64,000 bases of DNA, from IMG/VR virus record IMGVR_UViG_3300009540_000001, positions 64,001 to 128,000 of that record. The stretch is one strand, 5' to 3'. Of this stretch, positions 47,096-55,661 are shown piece after piece. The stretch comes from a virus. Its lineage: Duplodnaviria; Caudoviricetes. A program made the position numbers and the translations under genes. The notes below the pieces were generated by a model. It saw only the letters and a program-made list of their open reading frames with translations. It did not search any database and was not told where the DNA came from. Positions within the stretch are counted from its first letter, which is position 1. The number at the start of each line of letters is the position of its first letter.

Positions 47096-48280
47096 TCAGA
47101 CGATCAGGGCGACGTTGTTGAGGCCAGGGCTTGCGCCGTTGTTTACGGGCACCCAGACGTTGTTGCACAGGGCGTAGGCGACGCCCCCGCCAGGGTCCCC
47201 CATGCTCAAGTGCGCGCGCATCGGCTCGCCCGTCGCCCAGAGGAAGTTCTTCGAACGACCGATGTACCCGGACTTGCGGTCCACCGACGAATTGCCCGGG
47301 ACGCAGTAGTGGATCGGCAGCACGCTCTCCAAGCTGGAGTCGAGCGAGTCGTATCCGAGGCCTCCGACAGCGTTTGTGCGTTCGTAAATCAGAGGGACGT
47401 ACTGGCCCGTCTTGTAGACGCTCGGGATGTACGCGCACACCGCTTGAGCGCCATCTCCACACGAGCCGCCCAGGCCGTGTCCCGTGAACGTGCCCGCATC
47501 AAGTTCGGCAATGTCGTACTTCCCCAGGAACGCGGCGCTGCCGCCATAAAAGGCGCCGTTCGACGTGAAGTGACACACGGCGCCGTTGTCGAGCGGGTTC
47601 CCTGCGGCATCGTAGCCGAGATCATCGAGGGAGTCCCACATGGCGAACATGTCGGGATCTGCAACTCCGTCCTTGTGCCCTTCGAGCCAAAAGAACGGGT
47701 TGTTGGGATCGTCGTTGACGCCCATGTTGAACCGAACCTCAGTCGCGGACGCCAGTTGGTTGACCCATGTGTAGTAGGCGACAGGAGCCGCGTCCGTAGA
47801 CCCGGTATGAACCCCCGCGATCACGCGCTCATCCCCCGCAACCAGGGGTGCGGGGGCTGCCGTTGCGGTACCGTTCGCGAAGCCGCCCTTGCTGAACTTC
47901 ACGCGAAGGAAGATCGAATAGTTGCCATTCGCGTAGGCTTCTACGTGCTGAATGCAGAACTGCCCTTTGAACTTCGCAGGTGTACCTACGGGCGTCTCGA
48001 CGACGTAGTAGGCGTTGTAGTTGTTGATGCTGTTCACGATGTACGAGAGGTTCATCCCAAGTTGGTAAAAGTTGGGAGCGCCTGTGTTGTTGTTGTTCGA
48101 GGCGTTGAGCAGGATGTCGCTGGCGGACCAGAGCGACCCGTCCGCGCTCTGCTTCACGACCCACGAGGCGGTCTTGAGCAACGCCTTGAAACGCCAGATC
48201 ACTTCGCCTGGAGGGATCAGGGAGTTGAAGCACGCGCCTACAAACGTCGAGACGTCGTTCGCTACGTGATAGAGGGTCAT
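47096..48280 (-). CDS. Probable tail/receptor-binding structural protein
   Basis: FKALLKTASWVVKQSADG, LRVKFSKGGF. Confidence 0.65.
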   Translation of the reverse strand: MTLYHVANDVSTFVGACFNSLIPPGEVIWRFKALLKTASWVVKQSADGSLWSASDILLNASNNNNTGAPNFYQLGMNLSYIVNSINNYNAYYVVETPVGTPAKFKGQFCIQHVEAYANGNYSIFLRVKFSKGGFANGTATAAPAPLVAGDERVIAGVHTGSTDAAPVAYYTWVNQLASATEVRFNMGVNDDPNNPFFWLEGHKDGVADPDMFAMWDSLDDLGYDAAGNPLDNGAVCHFTSNGAFYGGSAAFLGKYDIAELDAGTFTGHGLGGSCGDGAQAVCAYIPSVYKTGQYVPLIYERTNAVGGLGYDSLDSSLESVLPIHYCVPGNSSVDRKSGYIGRSKNFLWATGEPMRAHLSMGDPGGGVAYALCNNVWVPVNNGASPGLNNVALIV

Positions 48281-48289
48281 GGGGTCTCT

Positions 48290-51200
48290 TTACGCCGTAA
48301 CGGCGAGGGTGCCACGGTACATGACGGCCTGGGTCGCTGCGTTCGTGGGGGTCACGCGGAGCTGGAGGACGTCGCCATCGGTGAGCTGTCCTGCGATGTC
48401 GTCTGAAGTCTTGTGCTCACCGTTCGCGTCGGTGATCGTCAAGAAGTTATTCACGCCGTTCAAGTTCGTGAACGCCGTCCATACGCCCGCGACGAGCTTG
48501 TAGAGGCGCACTTCCACGGCGTTCGCGCCGTCCGTGCTCGCGCCCGTCACACGGAGCTTGACGGTCGTACCCACGTGGTCCGACGCGTTCCAAGCTCCGC
48601 CGCCGATGACAGCTTCAGAGGTGTCCGCGAGGGTGGTGACCTTGAGACCGTGCAGGAGGGGTGCGTACGTCGGGGCGCCCGCAGTCACCGAGAAGCCGAA
48701 GCCTCCGACGACGAGGTTGTCTTGCACACCGCCGAAGTCGAACGCCTTGAACACGAAGGCATTGTCGGCTTGGAGCGTGAGTCCCGTGAGGGAACCCCTG
48801 ATCCGCTCGCCCGCAAACGGGGCAATGGTGATCGTCTGCTTGAACGAGGGCCCCGCGTGAACGACGGTGACTTTCCGCCCCGTCGTCTCGCTCACCACGC
48901 TCGCGAGCGTGACGGTGAACGAGGCTCCCGAGAGCGGAAGAACGACCGCGAGCGTCGTCTGACGGCTGAGCGTAGCCGCGCCGGTCACGATCTGAATGAC
49001 GTCGTCGTCGCTGACGCCGTAGCCTCCGTAGGCGATCAAGCCGAGGTTCGTACGGTGCCCGTTCGTCAAACCGTCGAGGATCGCCGGGCCAAACAGCATG
49101 ATGCCGCCGCCCGTCGTGGAGTCGAACCCGTACGTGGGCGAGGCGGTCTCAACGGTGTAGCGGCAACCGGGCTTGCGAAGGAACACGCCCAAGTTGGCCG
49201 CGTTCACGAACGCAACGCCGTTGACCGTTTGCTGGTGCCCCATGCTGTGCTCGATGGTCGAGCCCGCACCGTTTACAGTTTGCTTACCGTAGGAGTACCC
49301 GCCTTCAATAACGAGAATGCCCGCATTCTCGACCAGCACTACGTCGCGGTTCTTTGTCGTCGTGGCGCTCCCGAGAACGCAGTCACGCGCAAAGACGATG
49401 CCACTGCCAGCGCTCAACCCCACATACGTCGCCTGCGTGGGTACGAGCACGCACTGTTCCAGGGTCACACCGGCCGCCCCTGTGCCGCTGATCCGCAGGC
49501 AGTCACCCGCCGTCGCGTTGCCCGTGAACTTCACTCGGCGAAGCTGTGCGTTGCGGATGGTGTTCGAGGTGGCGATCGTGAGCCCGCGCGTGTTCGTCAC
49601 GCTCTGGTTGTCGATCGTCAGGTCTTGCCAGACGCACGCGAGGGTTGCATCGGCCGCGTCCATGGCGAGCCCGGTGACGGTCGTGATGATCGTCTCCTCC
49701 GCACGCCCCGCGTACCCCATCACCGTGAGACCCTGCTTGAGCAGGATGTTGTCCCAGGTGTACGCGCCCGGCGCGACCAACATGGCCTTCGGGTTCGAGA
49801 TCGAGATCCCGTCCGTGACCATCTGCGCGTACGCCGCAGCCGGGGTCGCGTACTGCGGGCTCGAGCCCGCAGGGCCCGAAGCTGCGGGGCCTACGAGGTA
49901 CACCGGCAGCGTGTACGAGGCCGGGGCCGCTGCTGTGGTCTTCGACGCGAGAATGATCCACTTGTCGTCGTGAGCTGCGAACTCGTACGCGTCGTTCCAC
50001 TTGAAGACCGTGGAGTTGAGCGTGGCGTCGTAGTCGATACCTGCGCTCGCGTGCGCCGCGAGCGTCAGGTTCTGCGTGTAGGTGCCCCCCGTGTACTTCA
50101 CCCGCAGGCGGCGCTCCTCGCGCCAGCTCGCCGGGTTCGGCATCGTCACCGTGAAGGTGGTGGGCGAAGACGGGACCACCAGCGCCAACGTCGTCGCGTC
50201 TGCGATCGTCGCCGTGCCGGTGATGGTCTGCACGCGCTCGGGGTGCGTGAGGTAGTACCCGTCGTAGGTGATGCCGGCAGCGGTCTGGTACCGGGTCGTA
50301 GCGTCTGCATCGAGGGCGTACGCGCCATGCGTGTACACCGAGCCCGAAGTTCCCGTGCTGAACAGGAAGTTCGAGTTGGCGTCCATTCGGAACTTGTGCC
50401 CGCCTTGCAAGGCGACGGTCGAGCCGTTCTCGATCTCGAACAAGCTCGTCTCGATGAAGACGGGCCCTACGAGGAAGTCGGAATAGCCGAAGACGTTGAC
50501 CCCAACCCCCAAGCTCAGGTTGGACGTGTTGGTCAACGTCATGGAGCCGATGATGTGGTCGGGCGGACCCGACTCAGCGTTTACCTCCGCAGGTACCGTG
50601 ACGACGACATCCACGCTGTCGTCCAGACGCATCGCACGGCCTGTCGAACCGGCGATGTTGCCCCCGGCGCGAACCAGCCCGCTCCACAGAATCTCGACGG
50701 GGCCGGTGGCATTCAGCCCGTCGCCGCTCACGCCGCCCGTTGTCGTGCAGTTTACCGCGTAGATAAAGCTGTCGTTCTGGAGCAGCGAGCCATCCACCGC
50801 GAAGCCGTGCGAGCCTGCGACGTTGCCGCCGTAGAAGTTGCAGTTTGTGAACCGCAGCGAGAAGCCGTCGATCGACTGGTTGTTGAACCCCCCTACGGTC
50901 GCTCCCGGAGGGTACACGCCGCAGTTCGACAAGCCCGCTGTCGTGGAAGTCGTGAGCGTTGTGACCGAACCGATGATCGACTGCGCGCTCGCGCTCGGGT
51001 TCACACCGACCAGAAAACAGCCGTCCAACAGAGTAACGTCTTCGACGAACTCACCGACGAAGAAGCCCACGCGCGGTGCGCCCGAATTCGCGCCGTCCGC
51101 GATCATCGCCGCCTGCATCGCCGTAAGCGTCGCGTACTGCGGGTTGGTGCCTCCCGGACCCATCCCGGCTGCGCCCGCGACGTACAGCGACATTCCGCCG

Positions 51201-52102
51201 TCGGTGATCGGCTTCCACGCCGAACCCGTGTAGTACTCGAAACGGGCCGTGGTGGTGTTGTAGATAAGCAGCGACGTCGCAGGGGCGGCAATCGCGTCGC
51301 GCTGCACCGTGGTCAGGCGGTTGACGAGCACGCCCGTCGTCGTCCCTTGCAGGTCGATCGACGCGCTCGCCGCGCGCGCTGTCGTGCCCTGCGCGAAGCC
51401 GGTGGCCGCGCCGACCTCTCCGTTCGAGCGCGAGACGACCGTCGTGCCGACGTGCAGGCCGCTGGCGAGCGTCATCTTCAGCCCGGTCGGCACGTACCAC
51501 GAGTGCGTCGACGTGGACTGCACATACCGGACGACGGTCCCGGTACGCATCTCCGAGGACGTTGTACCGACGATCATCATCGGAGCGGTGCCGTCGCCGA
51601 ATTCGTGTCCGCTCGAGTACTGGTAGACGTTGATGATCCCGCCGCCCGTGTCGACTTGCAGCGGAATCCCGACGTCCAGGACCGGCGCAGCGCCGAACGT
51701 CTTGATCCCGGTGATCGTCTCAGGACCGGCGATGTGGACGTAGTTCCCGTCCTGCGAGCCCTCGAGCGCCGTGCCCGCGACAATCCCGTAGTCGACGTTG
51801 AAGGTGTCGCCACCCGTGAGCGTGAGGCCCGTGCCAGCGAAGTACGGCGTGCCGCCTGTGGGGGCCGCCCAAGTCGGAATGCCCGCGACCACCGTGAGGA
51901 CGTCGCCGGGGGCCCCAATCGCCCTACGCACCCACCCCGACACGCCTCGGTACGCGAGGTCGCCCAGGGCCTCGCCTACGAACCCCCACGACAACGTGAA
52001 CGTCGTGTTGGTGTCCCCGCCTTGCAGGGGCGCAGTCGTGTTGATGGTGATGTTCGCGCCGCTGCTGCTGCCGGCGCACTTCAGGCGGCTGATCATGCTC
52101 AC
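48290..52102 (-). CDS. Tail fibre/tailspike with two beta-helix-like modules
   Basis: Fibre motifs (AGTGLTLTG, ETITGIKTF, RLTTVQRDAI..PATSLLIYNTT); duplicated PQYAT modules. Confidence 0.8.
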   Translation of the reverse strand: MSMISRLKCAGSSSGANITINTTAPLQGGDTNTTFTLSWGFVGEALGDLAYRGVSGWVRRAIGAPGDVLTVVAGIPTWAAPTGGTPYFAGTGLTLTGGDTFNVDYGIVAGTALEGSQDGNYVHIAGPETITGIKTFGAAPVLDVGIPLQVDTGGGIINVYQYSSGHEFGDGTAPMMIVGTTSSEMRTGTVVRYVQSTSTHSWYVPTGLKMTLASGLHVGTTVVSRSNGEVGAATGFAQGTTARAASASIDLQGTTTGVLVNRLTTVQRDAIAAPATSLLIYNTTTARFEYYTGSAWKPITDGGMSLYVAGAAGMGPGGTNPQYATLTAMQAAMIADGANSGAPRVGFFVGEFVEDVTLLDGCFLVGVNPSASAQSIIGSVTTLTTSTTAGLSNCGVYPPGATVGGFNNQSIDGFSLRFTNCNFYGGNVAGSHGFAVDGSLLQNDSFIYAVNCTTTGGVSGDGLNATGPVEILWSGLVRAGGNIAGSTGRAMRLDDSVDVVVTVPAEVNAESGPPDHIIGSMTLTNTSNLSLGVGVNVFGYSDFLVGPVFIETSLFEIENGSTVALQGGHKFRMDANSNFLFSTGTSGSVYTHGAYALDADATTRYQTAAGITYDGYYLTHPERVQTITGTATIADATTLALVVPSSPTTFTVTMPNPASWREERRLRVKYTGGTYTQNLTLAAHASAGIDYDATLNSTVFKWNDAYEFAAHDDKWIILASKTTAAAPASYTLPVYLVGPAASGPAGSSPQYATPAAAYAQMVTDGISISNPKAMLVAPGAYTWDNILLKQGLTVMGYAGRAEETIITTVTGLAMDAADATLACVWQDLTIDNQSVTNTRGLTIATSNTIRNAQLRRVKFTGNATAGDCLRISGTGAAGVTLEQCVLVPTQATYVGLSAGSGIVFARDCVLGSATTTKNRDVVLVENAGILVIEGGYSYGKQTVNGAGSTIEHSMGHQQTVNGVAFVNAANLGVFLRKPGCRYTVETASPTYGFDSTTGGGIMLFGPAILDGLTNGHRTNLGLIAYGGYGVSDDDVIQIVTGAATLSRQTTLAVVLPLSGASFTVTLASVVSETTGRKVTVVHAGPSFKQTITIAPFAGERIRGSLTGLTLQADNAFVFKAFDFGGVQDNLVVGGFGFSVTAGAPTYAPLLHGLKVTTLADTSEAVIGGGAWNASDHVGTTVKLRVTGASTDGANAVEVRLYKLVAGVWTAFTNLNGVNNFLTITDANGEHKTSDDIAGQLTDGDVLQLRVTPTNAATQAVMYRGTLAVTA

Positions 52103-52123
52103 GGGGGCAAGGGTAGGGGTCGG

Positions 52124-52435
52124 CTACCGGCGTCGGGTCCGCCTACGCTCCTGGCTCTCGAGCGGGGAACACACTCGGGCATGCTCCAGTTCGAGGTGGC
52201 AGTTCGCGCACACGACCTGGCACTTCGCGGCCTCGCGCAGCACGACCGACAAGGGTACGCGCCCGTTGCGGGCGTGGCTGACGTTGAAGTGCTTGCGCTT
52301 GCCGGGCAGGTGATCGAACTGCATCACGTACGGCGGGTACTCGACGCGGCAGCGCGCACAGGGGACGGCCTTCAGGCGATCGAGCGTCTGCCGAATGTGA
52401 AGGCGAACGTGCAGGGGGACGAAGGCGTGGGGCAC
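52124..52435 (-). CDS. HNH endonuclease
   Basis: CARC...MQFDHL...CQVVCANCH. Confidence 0.85.
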   Translation of the reverse strand: MPHAFVPLHVRLHIRQTLDRLKAVPCARCRVEYPPYVMQFDHLPGKRKHFNVSHARNGRVPLSVVLREAAKCQVVCANCHLELEHARVCSPLESQERRRTRRR

Positions 52436-52460
52436 CGAGGCAAGATTACGGGGTAAAGAA

Positions 52461-52491
52461 AACGGGACGGAGCCTCGCAGCCCGTCCCGTT
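52461..52491 (-). terminator. Rho-independent terminator
   Basis: aacgggacgg...ccgtcccgtt stem, followed by a T-rich run on the minus strand. Confidence 0.7.
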
Positions 52492-52502
52492 CCCTTTACG
52501 AC

Positions 52503-52931
52503 TCAGGTGTCGTCGTCGTCCTGCTCGGTCTGCGCGTCGTCGTCCTCGTCGCGCTCCCCAGTCGGAGCCTCGACGAGGATGTTCGTCTGGCCACGCGCCG
52601 CCTGGAGCTCCTTGAGCTGCTCCGACAGGTCGGCGTCGATCGAGGATGGCCACGTGATCGACTTCCACTTGTCGGCGCTCATTGGGAAGCGGAACAGTAT
52701 CTGCTTCTCCTCGAACGCGACGCGCCCGGGGATCAGATCGAGAACGGTGGCCTCGGCAGGCCCTTCCTGGAGCGGACCGATGCCGCGCTCCGTGCCCCAG
52801 CGCTTCGCGACGCAGGGGTTCTCCATCACGCAGACAGTCGGGTCGGGGTCGTGCATCACGGCTCCCATGATGATCCACCCGTGCGTGAGCACGAGCAGGC
52901 GATAGTCGAAGTCCCGTGGGGCCTGGTTCAT
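52503..52931 (-). CDS. DUF6948-like small phage protein, copy 2
   Basis: HGWIIMG...KRWGTERGIG.L.EGP...LD. Confidence 0.7.
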   Translation of the reverse strand: MNQAPRDFDYRLLVLTHGWIIMGAVMHDPDPTVCVMENPCVAKRWGTERGIGPLQEGPAEATVLDLIPGRVAFEEKQILFRFPMSADKWKSITWPSSIDADLSEQLKELQAARGQTNILVEAPTGERDEDDDAQTEQDDDDT

Positions 52932-52933
52932 GG

Positions 52934-53236
52934 CTAGCTAGAACCCTTCTCGATCGGGCCGACGAGGGCCTTGTCGAGCATGGGGTTCCAGACAGCGGCG
53001 TCCCCCTCGAAGGTGAAGAGGATCCCCGCGCGCTCGAAGCGCGCCTCGCCGGGGATGGGGTCGAGAATCGTTTCCGGGTTCGGACCCTTCACGATTTCTC
53101 CGATCCCCCTCTTGGTGCCCCAGCGGCGCACGACGCACGCATCCGCAAGGATCACGGCCTCTTCGGTCTCGTCGACCAACCGGCCGACCATCACCCAGCC
53201 GTGTGCGAGAATCGCGAACTTGATCTTCTGCGCCAT
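52934..53236 (-). CDS. DUF6948-like small phage protein, copy 1
   Basis: HGWVMVG...RRWGTKRGIGEIVKGP...LD; GGAGAG RBS. Confidence 0.75.
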   Translation of the reverse strand: MAQKIKFAILAHGWVMVGRLVDETEEAVILADACVVRRWGTKRGIGEIVKGPNPETILDPIPGEARFERAGILFTFEGDAAVWNPMLDKALVGPIEKGSS

Positions 53237-53363
53237 CTGAACTCTCCGTTTTCAAGGCGTGGTGAGAAACCATCAGGTCGCACGCAACATGCGGGCGCCA
53301 GACGTAGGTGCGCCCCGTCCCTGCGTTGCACAGGCTGACGGGGCGCGAGTCGCTGCGAGCGAC

Positions 53364-53693
53364 TGGTGGAGACGTCGGGAGTCGAACCCGAGTCCAACAG
53401 ATGTTTTCGAGAGAGATACTACGGGGCCTAGTCGTCGTACTTGGGGAACTTCCGAAGCGCCCGACGACGGGCTTCTCGGAAGCGGGTGACAGGTTGCCGG
53501 TCGTTGCGGACTCGGTTTACACCCTCAGCGCCAGTGTCCGCTGGCTAGTGCTGAAGATGGTCACGCAGCTGCGAGCAGCGGCGCGGCGAAGGCGTTGTAG
53601 TTCGCGATTCAGTTCGCCTGAGTTGGAAGGTTCAGGCAACCCTTGCCCCGCACTCTTTCGAGCGCGATCCATTGTCGAAACCGTGTCGTCCCC
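53364..53693 (-). ncRNA. ssrA: tmRNA (330 nt), tag peptide ANYNAFAAPLLAAA
   Basis: 5' GGGGACGACACGGTTTCGAC; 3' GGTTCGACTCCCGACGTCTCCACCA; 7-bp acceptor stem with a G3:U pair; tag reading frame 53605-53561. Confidence 0.95.
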
Positions 53694-53752
53694 ATAAATT
53701 CGGATGCGCAAGCATCCTACATGTCCTCATACCCGAAGTCACGTCAGATTTC

Positions 53753-53986
53753 TCACGCGCTGTACGGCGTCACTTCCAGCGGCAACGCCTTGATCTTCTC
53801 GAGGTAAGACGTGCGCGCGGCCTCGGGCGTCGCCGACAACAGAGACGCCGCAATGCGGCGAGCGCTCGATGTTGCAGCTTGTCCGAGAACGATCAGAGAC
53901 CCGTCGGCGTAGAGCACGCCGTCGAGCTCAACCACCTCGAGCGCGCCGTTGCGCGTCACGCCATCACAGATGTACCGCTTCGTCAT
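53753..53986 (-). CDS. Small hypothetical protein (paralog of 62477..62776)
   Basis: AGGAGG RBS before ATG 53986; KRYICDG. Confidence 0.65.
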   Translation of the reverse strand: MTKRYICDGVTRNGALEVVELDGVLYADGSLIVLGQAATSSARRIAASLLSATPEAARTSYLEKIKALPLEVTPYSA

Positions 53987-54003
53987 CGCCGCCTCCTGGA
54001 ACA

Positions 54004-54048
54004 CACACGGCCTCTGACATCGCACCGTGCGAGGTTAGAGGCCGTGTG
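54004..54048. repeat. 45-nt near-perfect inverted repeat
   Basis: cacacggcctctgacatcgca-ccg-tgcgaggttagaggccgtgtg. Confidence 0.8.
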
Positions 54049-54091
54049 CTCTCGGAACCTTGTACCGCGTAAAGGCGGCGGTTTCGCGAAG

Positions 54092-54292
54092 TCAGCTCGC
54101 GACGGCGGCGGTCATCTTCGCGTAGACCTTCTCGAGCTTCTTCAGCGTCGGGGCGTCTTGCACCTTCGACGCGATGAAGCGGCCGAGCTTCTTGCTCGGG
54201 GTGAGCGCCCAGTAGGTGGGCGTGCCGTTGACGAGAGAGATGGAGAAGTTGGACTTCTCCACCTTGAACTGGACCTTGAGGGAGGTGATCAT
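54092..54292 (-). CDS. Small basic hypothetical protein
   Basis: ATG directly after the HNH stop. Confidence 0.6.
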   Translation of the reverse strand: MITSLKVQFKVEKSNFSISLVNGTPTYWALTPSKKLGRFIASKVQDAPTLKKLEKVYAKMTAAVAS

Positions 54293-54604
54293 CTAGCAAG
54301 ACTCCCCCTCGACACAGGGGATGTCAAGCAGGACATCCTCAAGGAGGGCGGCATCTACGTGATGATCGAGGAGCCTGGCTTGCGTGCGTAGCCTATGGCA
54401 GTTCGCACACACGAGCTCGGTCAGCTCGAGCTCGGCCTCAACCGTCTCCCACGCCTCCCCCACGAGGTCAGAGATGTTCGCGGTCTTTACGCCGCGAACG
54501 TGGTCAAAGTCCATGGCGGCGGGAGGGAAGCACAGGCCGCAGTCCATACAGGGCGCGGACTTCAGCTGCGCGAGGCGCAGACGATGTCGCTCGCGGCGCG
54601 TCAC
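54293..54604 (-). CDS. HNH endonuclease
   Basis: CMDC...MDFDHV...LVCANCHRLRT; GTGA-coupled start at 54604. Confidence 0.85.
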   Translation of the reverse strand: MTRRERHRLRLAQLKSAPCMDCGLCFPPAAMDFDHVRGVKTANISDLVGEAWETVEAELELTELVCANCHRLRTQARLLDHHVDAALLEDVLLDIPCVEGESC

Positions 54605-54903
54605 TTGACCCTTTCGAATCCTACTCCCGCGAGCGCGTCGGGGCCCTTCGCAGGGTGCGCCTGGAACACGACGACGTCGCACACGCCGAACGTCTCGGTG
54701 AACCACTCAGAGGTGGGGGATTCGCTCACGTAGAGCACATGCCATCTACCATGCTCGTAGAACGAACGCGTCGGGCTCGCGCCGTACAGCTCGAAGGCGA
54801 GCTCCTCGATCAGCTCTCGGCGCTCTTCGCTCTCAACGTCCGGTGTGAAGGGGAGAGGTGTGAAGTGCGCAGCGCCGTGGTGCCCGGGGCGGGAAGCAGA
54901 CAT
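54601..54903 (-). CDS. Hypothetical protein
   Basis: TAACCT box 6 nt before ATG. Confidence 0.65.
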   Translation of the reverse strand: MSASRPGHHGAAHFTPLPFTPDVESEERRELIEELAFELYGASPTRSFYEHGRWHVLYVSESPTSEWFTETFGVCDVVVFQAHPAKGPDALAGVGFERVK

Positions 54904-55103
54904 GCACCAAGGTTAGCGGTGACCTCAGCGTGAACACGCAGAGAGGAGCGCATGCCCCAGCAGGAACGAGAAATACAGCAAGGCCATGGGCGCTGTCACT
55001 TGCAGCGTGGCGCGTGTGGTGAACGACATACTTCGTTATCGCACAAAGAGCCTCGGCGAGATACGAGCGGTGCGCGCAAGCCAGAGGTGTCCGGATTCTT
55101 CCG

Positions 55104-55661
55104 TTACACCGTGACAGTGATGGGATCGCTCGAATACGTGCTCGGCTTCACGAAGAGCATCACGTACACAAGGCCGGGCTCGAGAAGTAGGGGGCGATCC
55201 CACCTCCCGTCCGCTCTCGTCTTTACGACGTACAGAGGCGTCTCGCGCGCGCCCTTCTCGTACTCCGACTGGAAGTACACGCGGATCTCAGCGTCCGGGA
55301 TGCCGATGCCCGCCTGGGTCACGAAGCGCAGCGCGTCGGGCTCCCCGAAGTCGTGGTCGACCTTCACGCGCGCGGCAGTGCCCGAGCCGAGGGGGCCGTC
55401 GGGTTTGAAGACGCCGGAGTCAGACAAGCAGACGCCGGAGGCGGCCACCGAGAGCACCTGGTACCAGGTGTCGGAGGTGCCGGTGACGTCGTCGAAGAAG
55501 AACCGCAGCGCCTTGGGCTGGTAGTTCGGCCCCGGGATCGCGTGCGGCACGGTCGCGAGCAGGAGCGGCGGGCCGTCCTTGTTCGTCGCCACGTAGATCT
55601 CGTAGTAGGCGACGTCGTCATCGACGGGGGCTTGCCAGTACAGACGGATGCCGACGCTCAT
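55104..55661 (-). CDS. FN3/Ig-like structural protein
   Basis: LYWQAP...YYEIY...WYQVLSV. Confidence 0.65.
   Translation of the reverse strand: MSVGIRLYWQAPVDDDVAYYEIYVATNKDGPPLLLATVPHAIPGPNYQPKALRFFFDDVTGTSDTWYQVLSVAASGVCLSDSGVFKPDGPLGSGTAARVKVDHDFGEPDALRFVTQAGIGIPDAEIRVYFQSEYEKGARETPLYVVKTRADGRWDRPLLLEPGLVYVMLFVKPSTYSSDPITVTV

Noticed and set aside
48413-52456. 1347-aa plus-strand ORF, and similar long ORFs (5871..8597, 11744..13684, 13434..16130, 17752..20805, 30590..32941)
   Set aside because: These are antisense or alternate-frame shadows of real genes, expected at high GC3; their translations are Arg-rich and have no motifs.
53240-53363. Separate structured ncRNA downstream of the tmRNA
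   Set aside because: Hairpins are present (gcgccccgtc...gacggggcgc; gtcgct..agcgac) but are adequately explained as terminator or processing stems; no recognisable family.
53364-53400. tRNA gene or prophage att site
   Set aside because: The T-arm/CCA segment pairs with a 5' end 330 nt away and encloses a tag frame, so it is a tmRNA; no anticodon arm, duplicate copy or integrase was seen.
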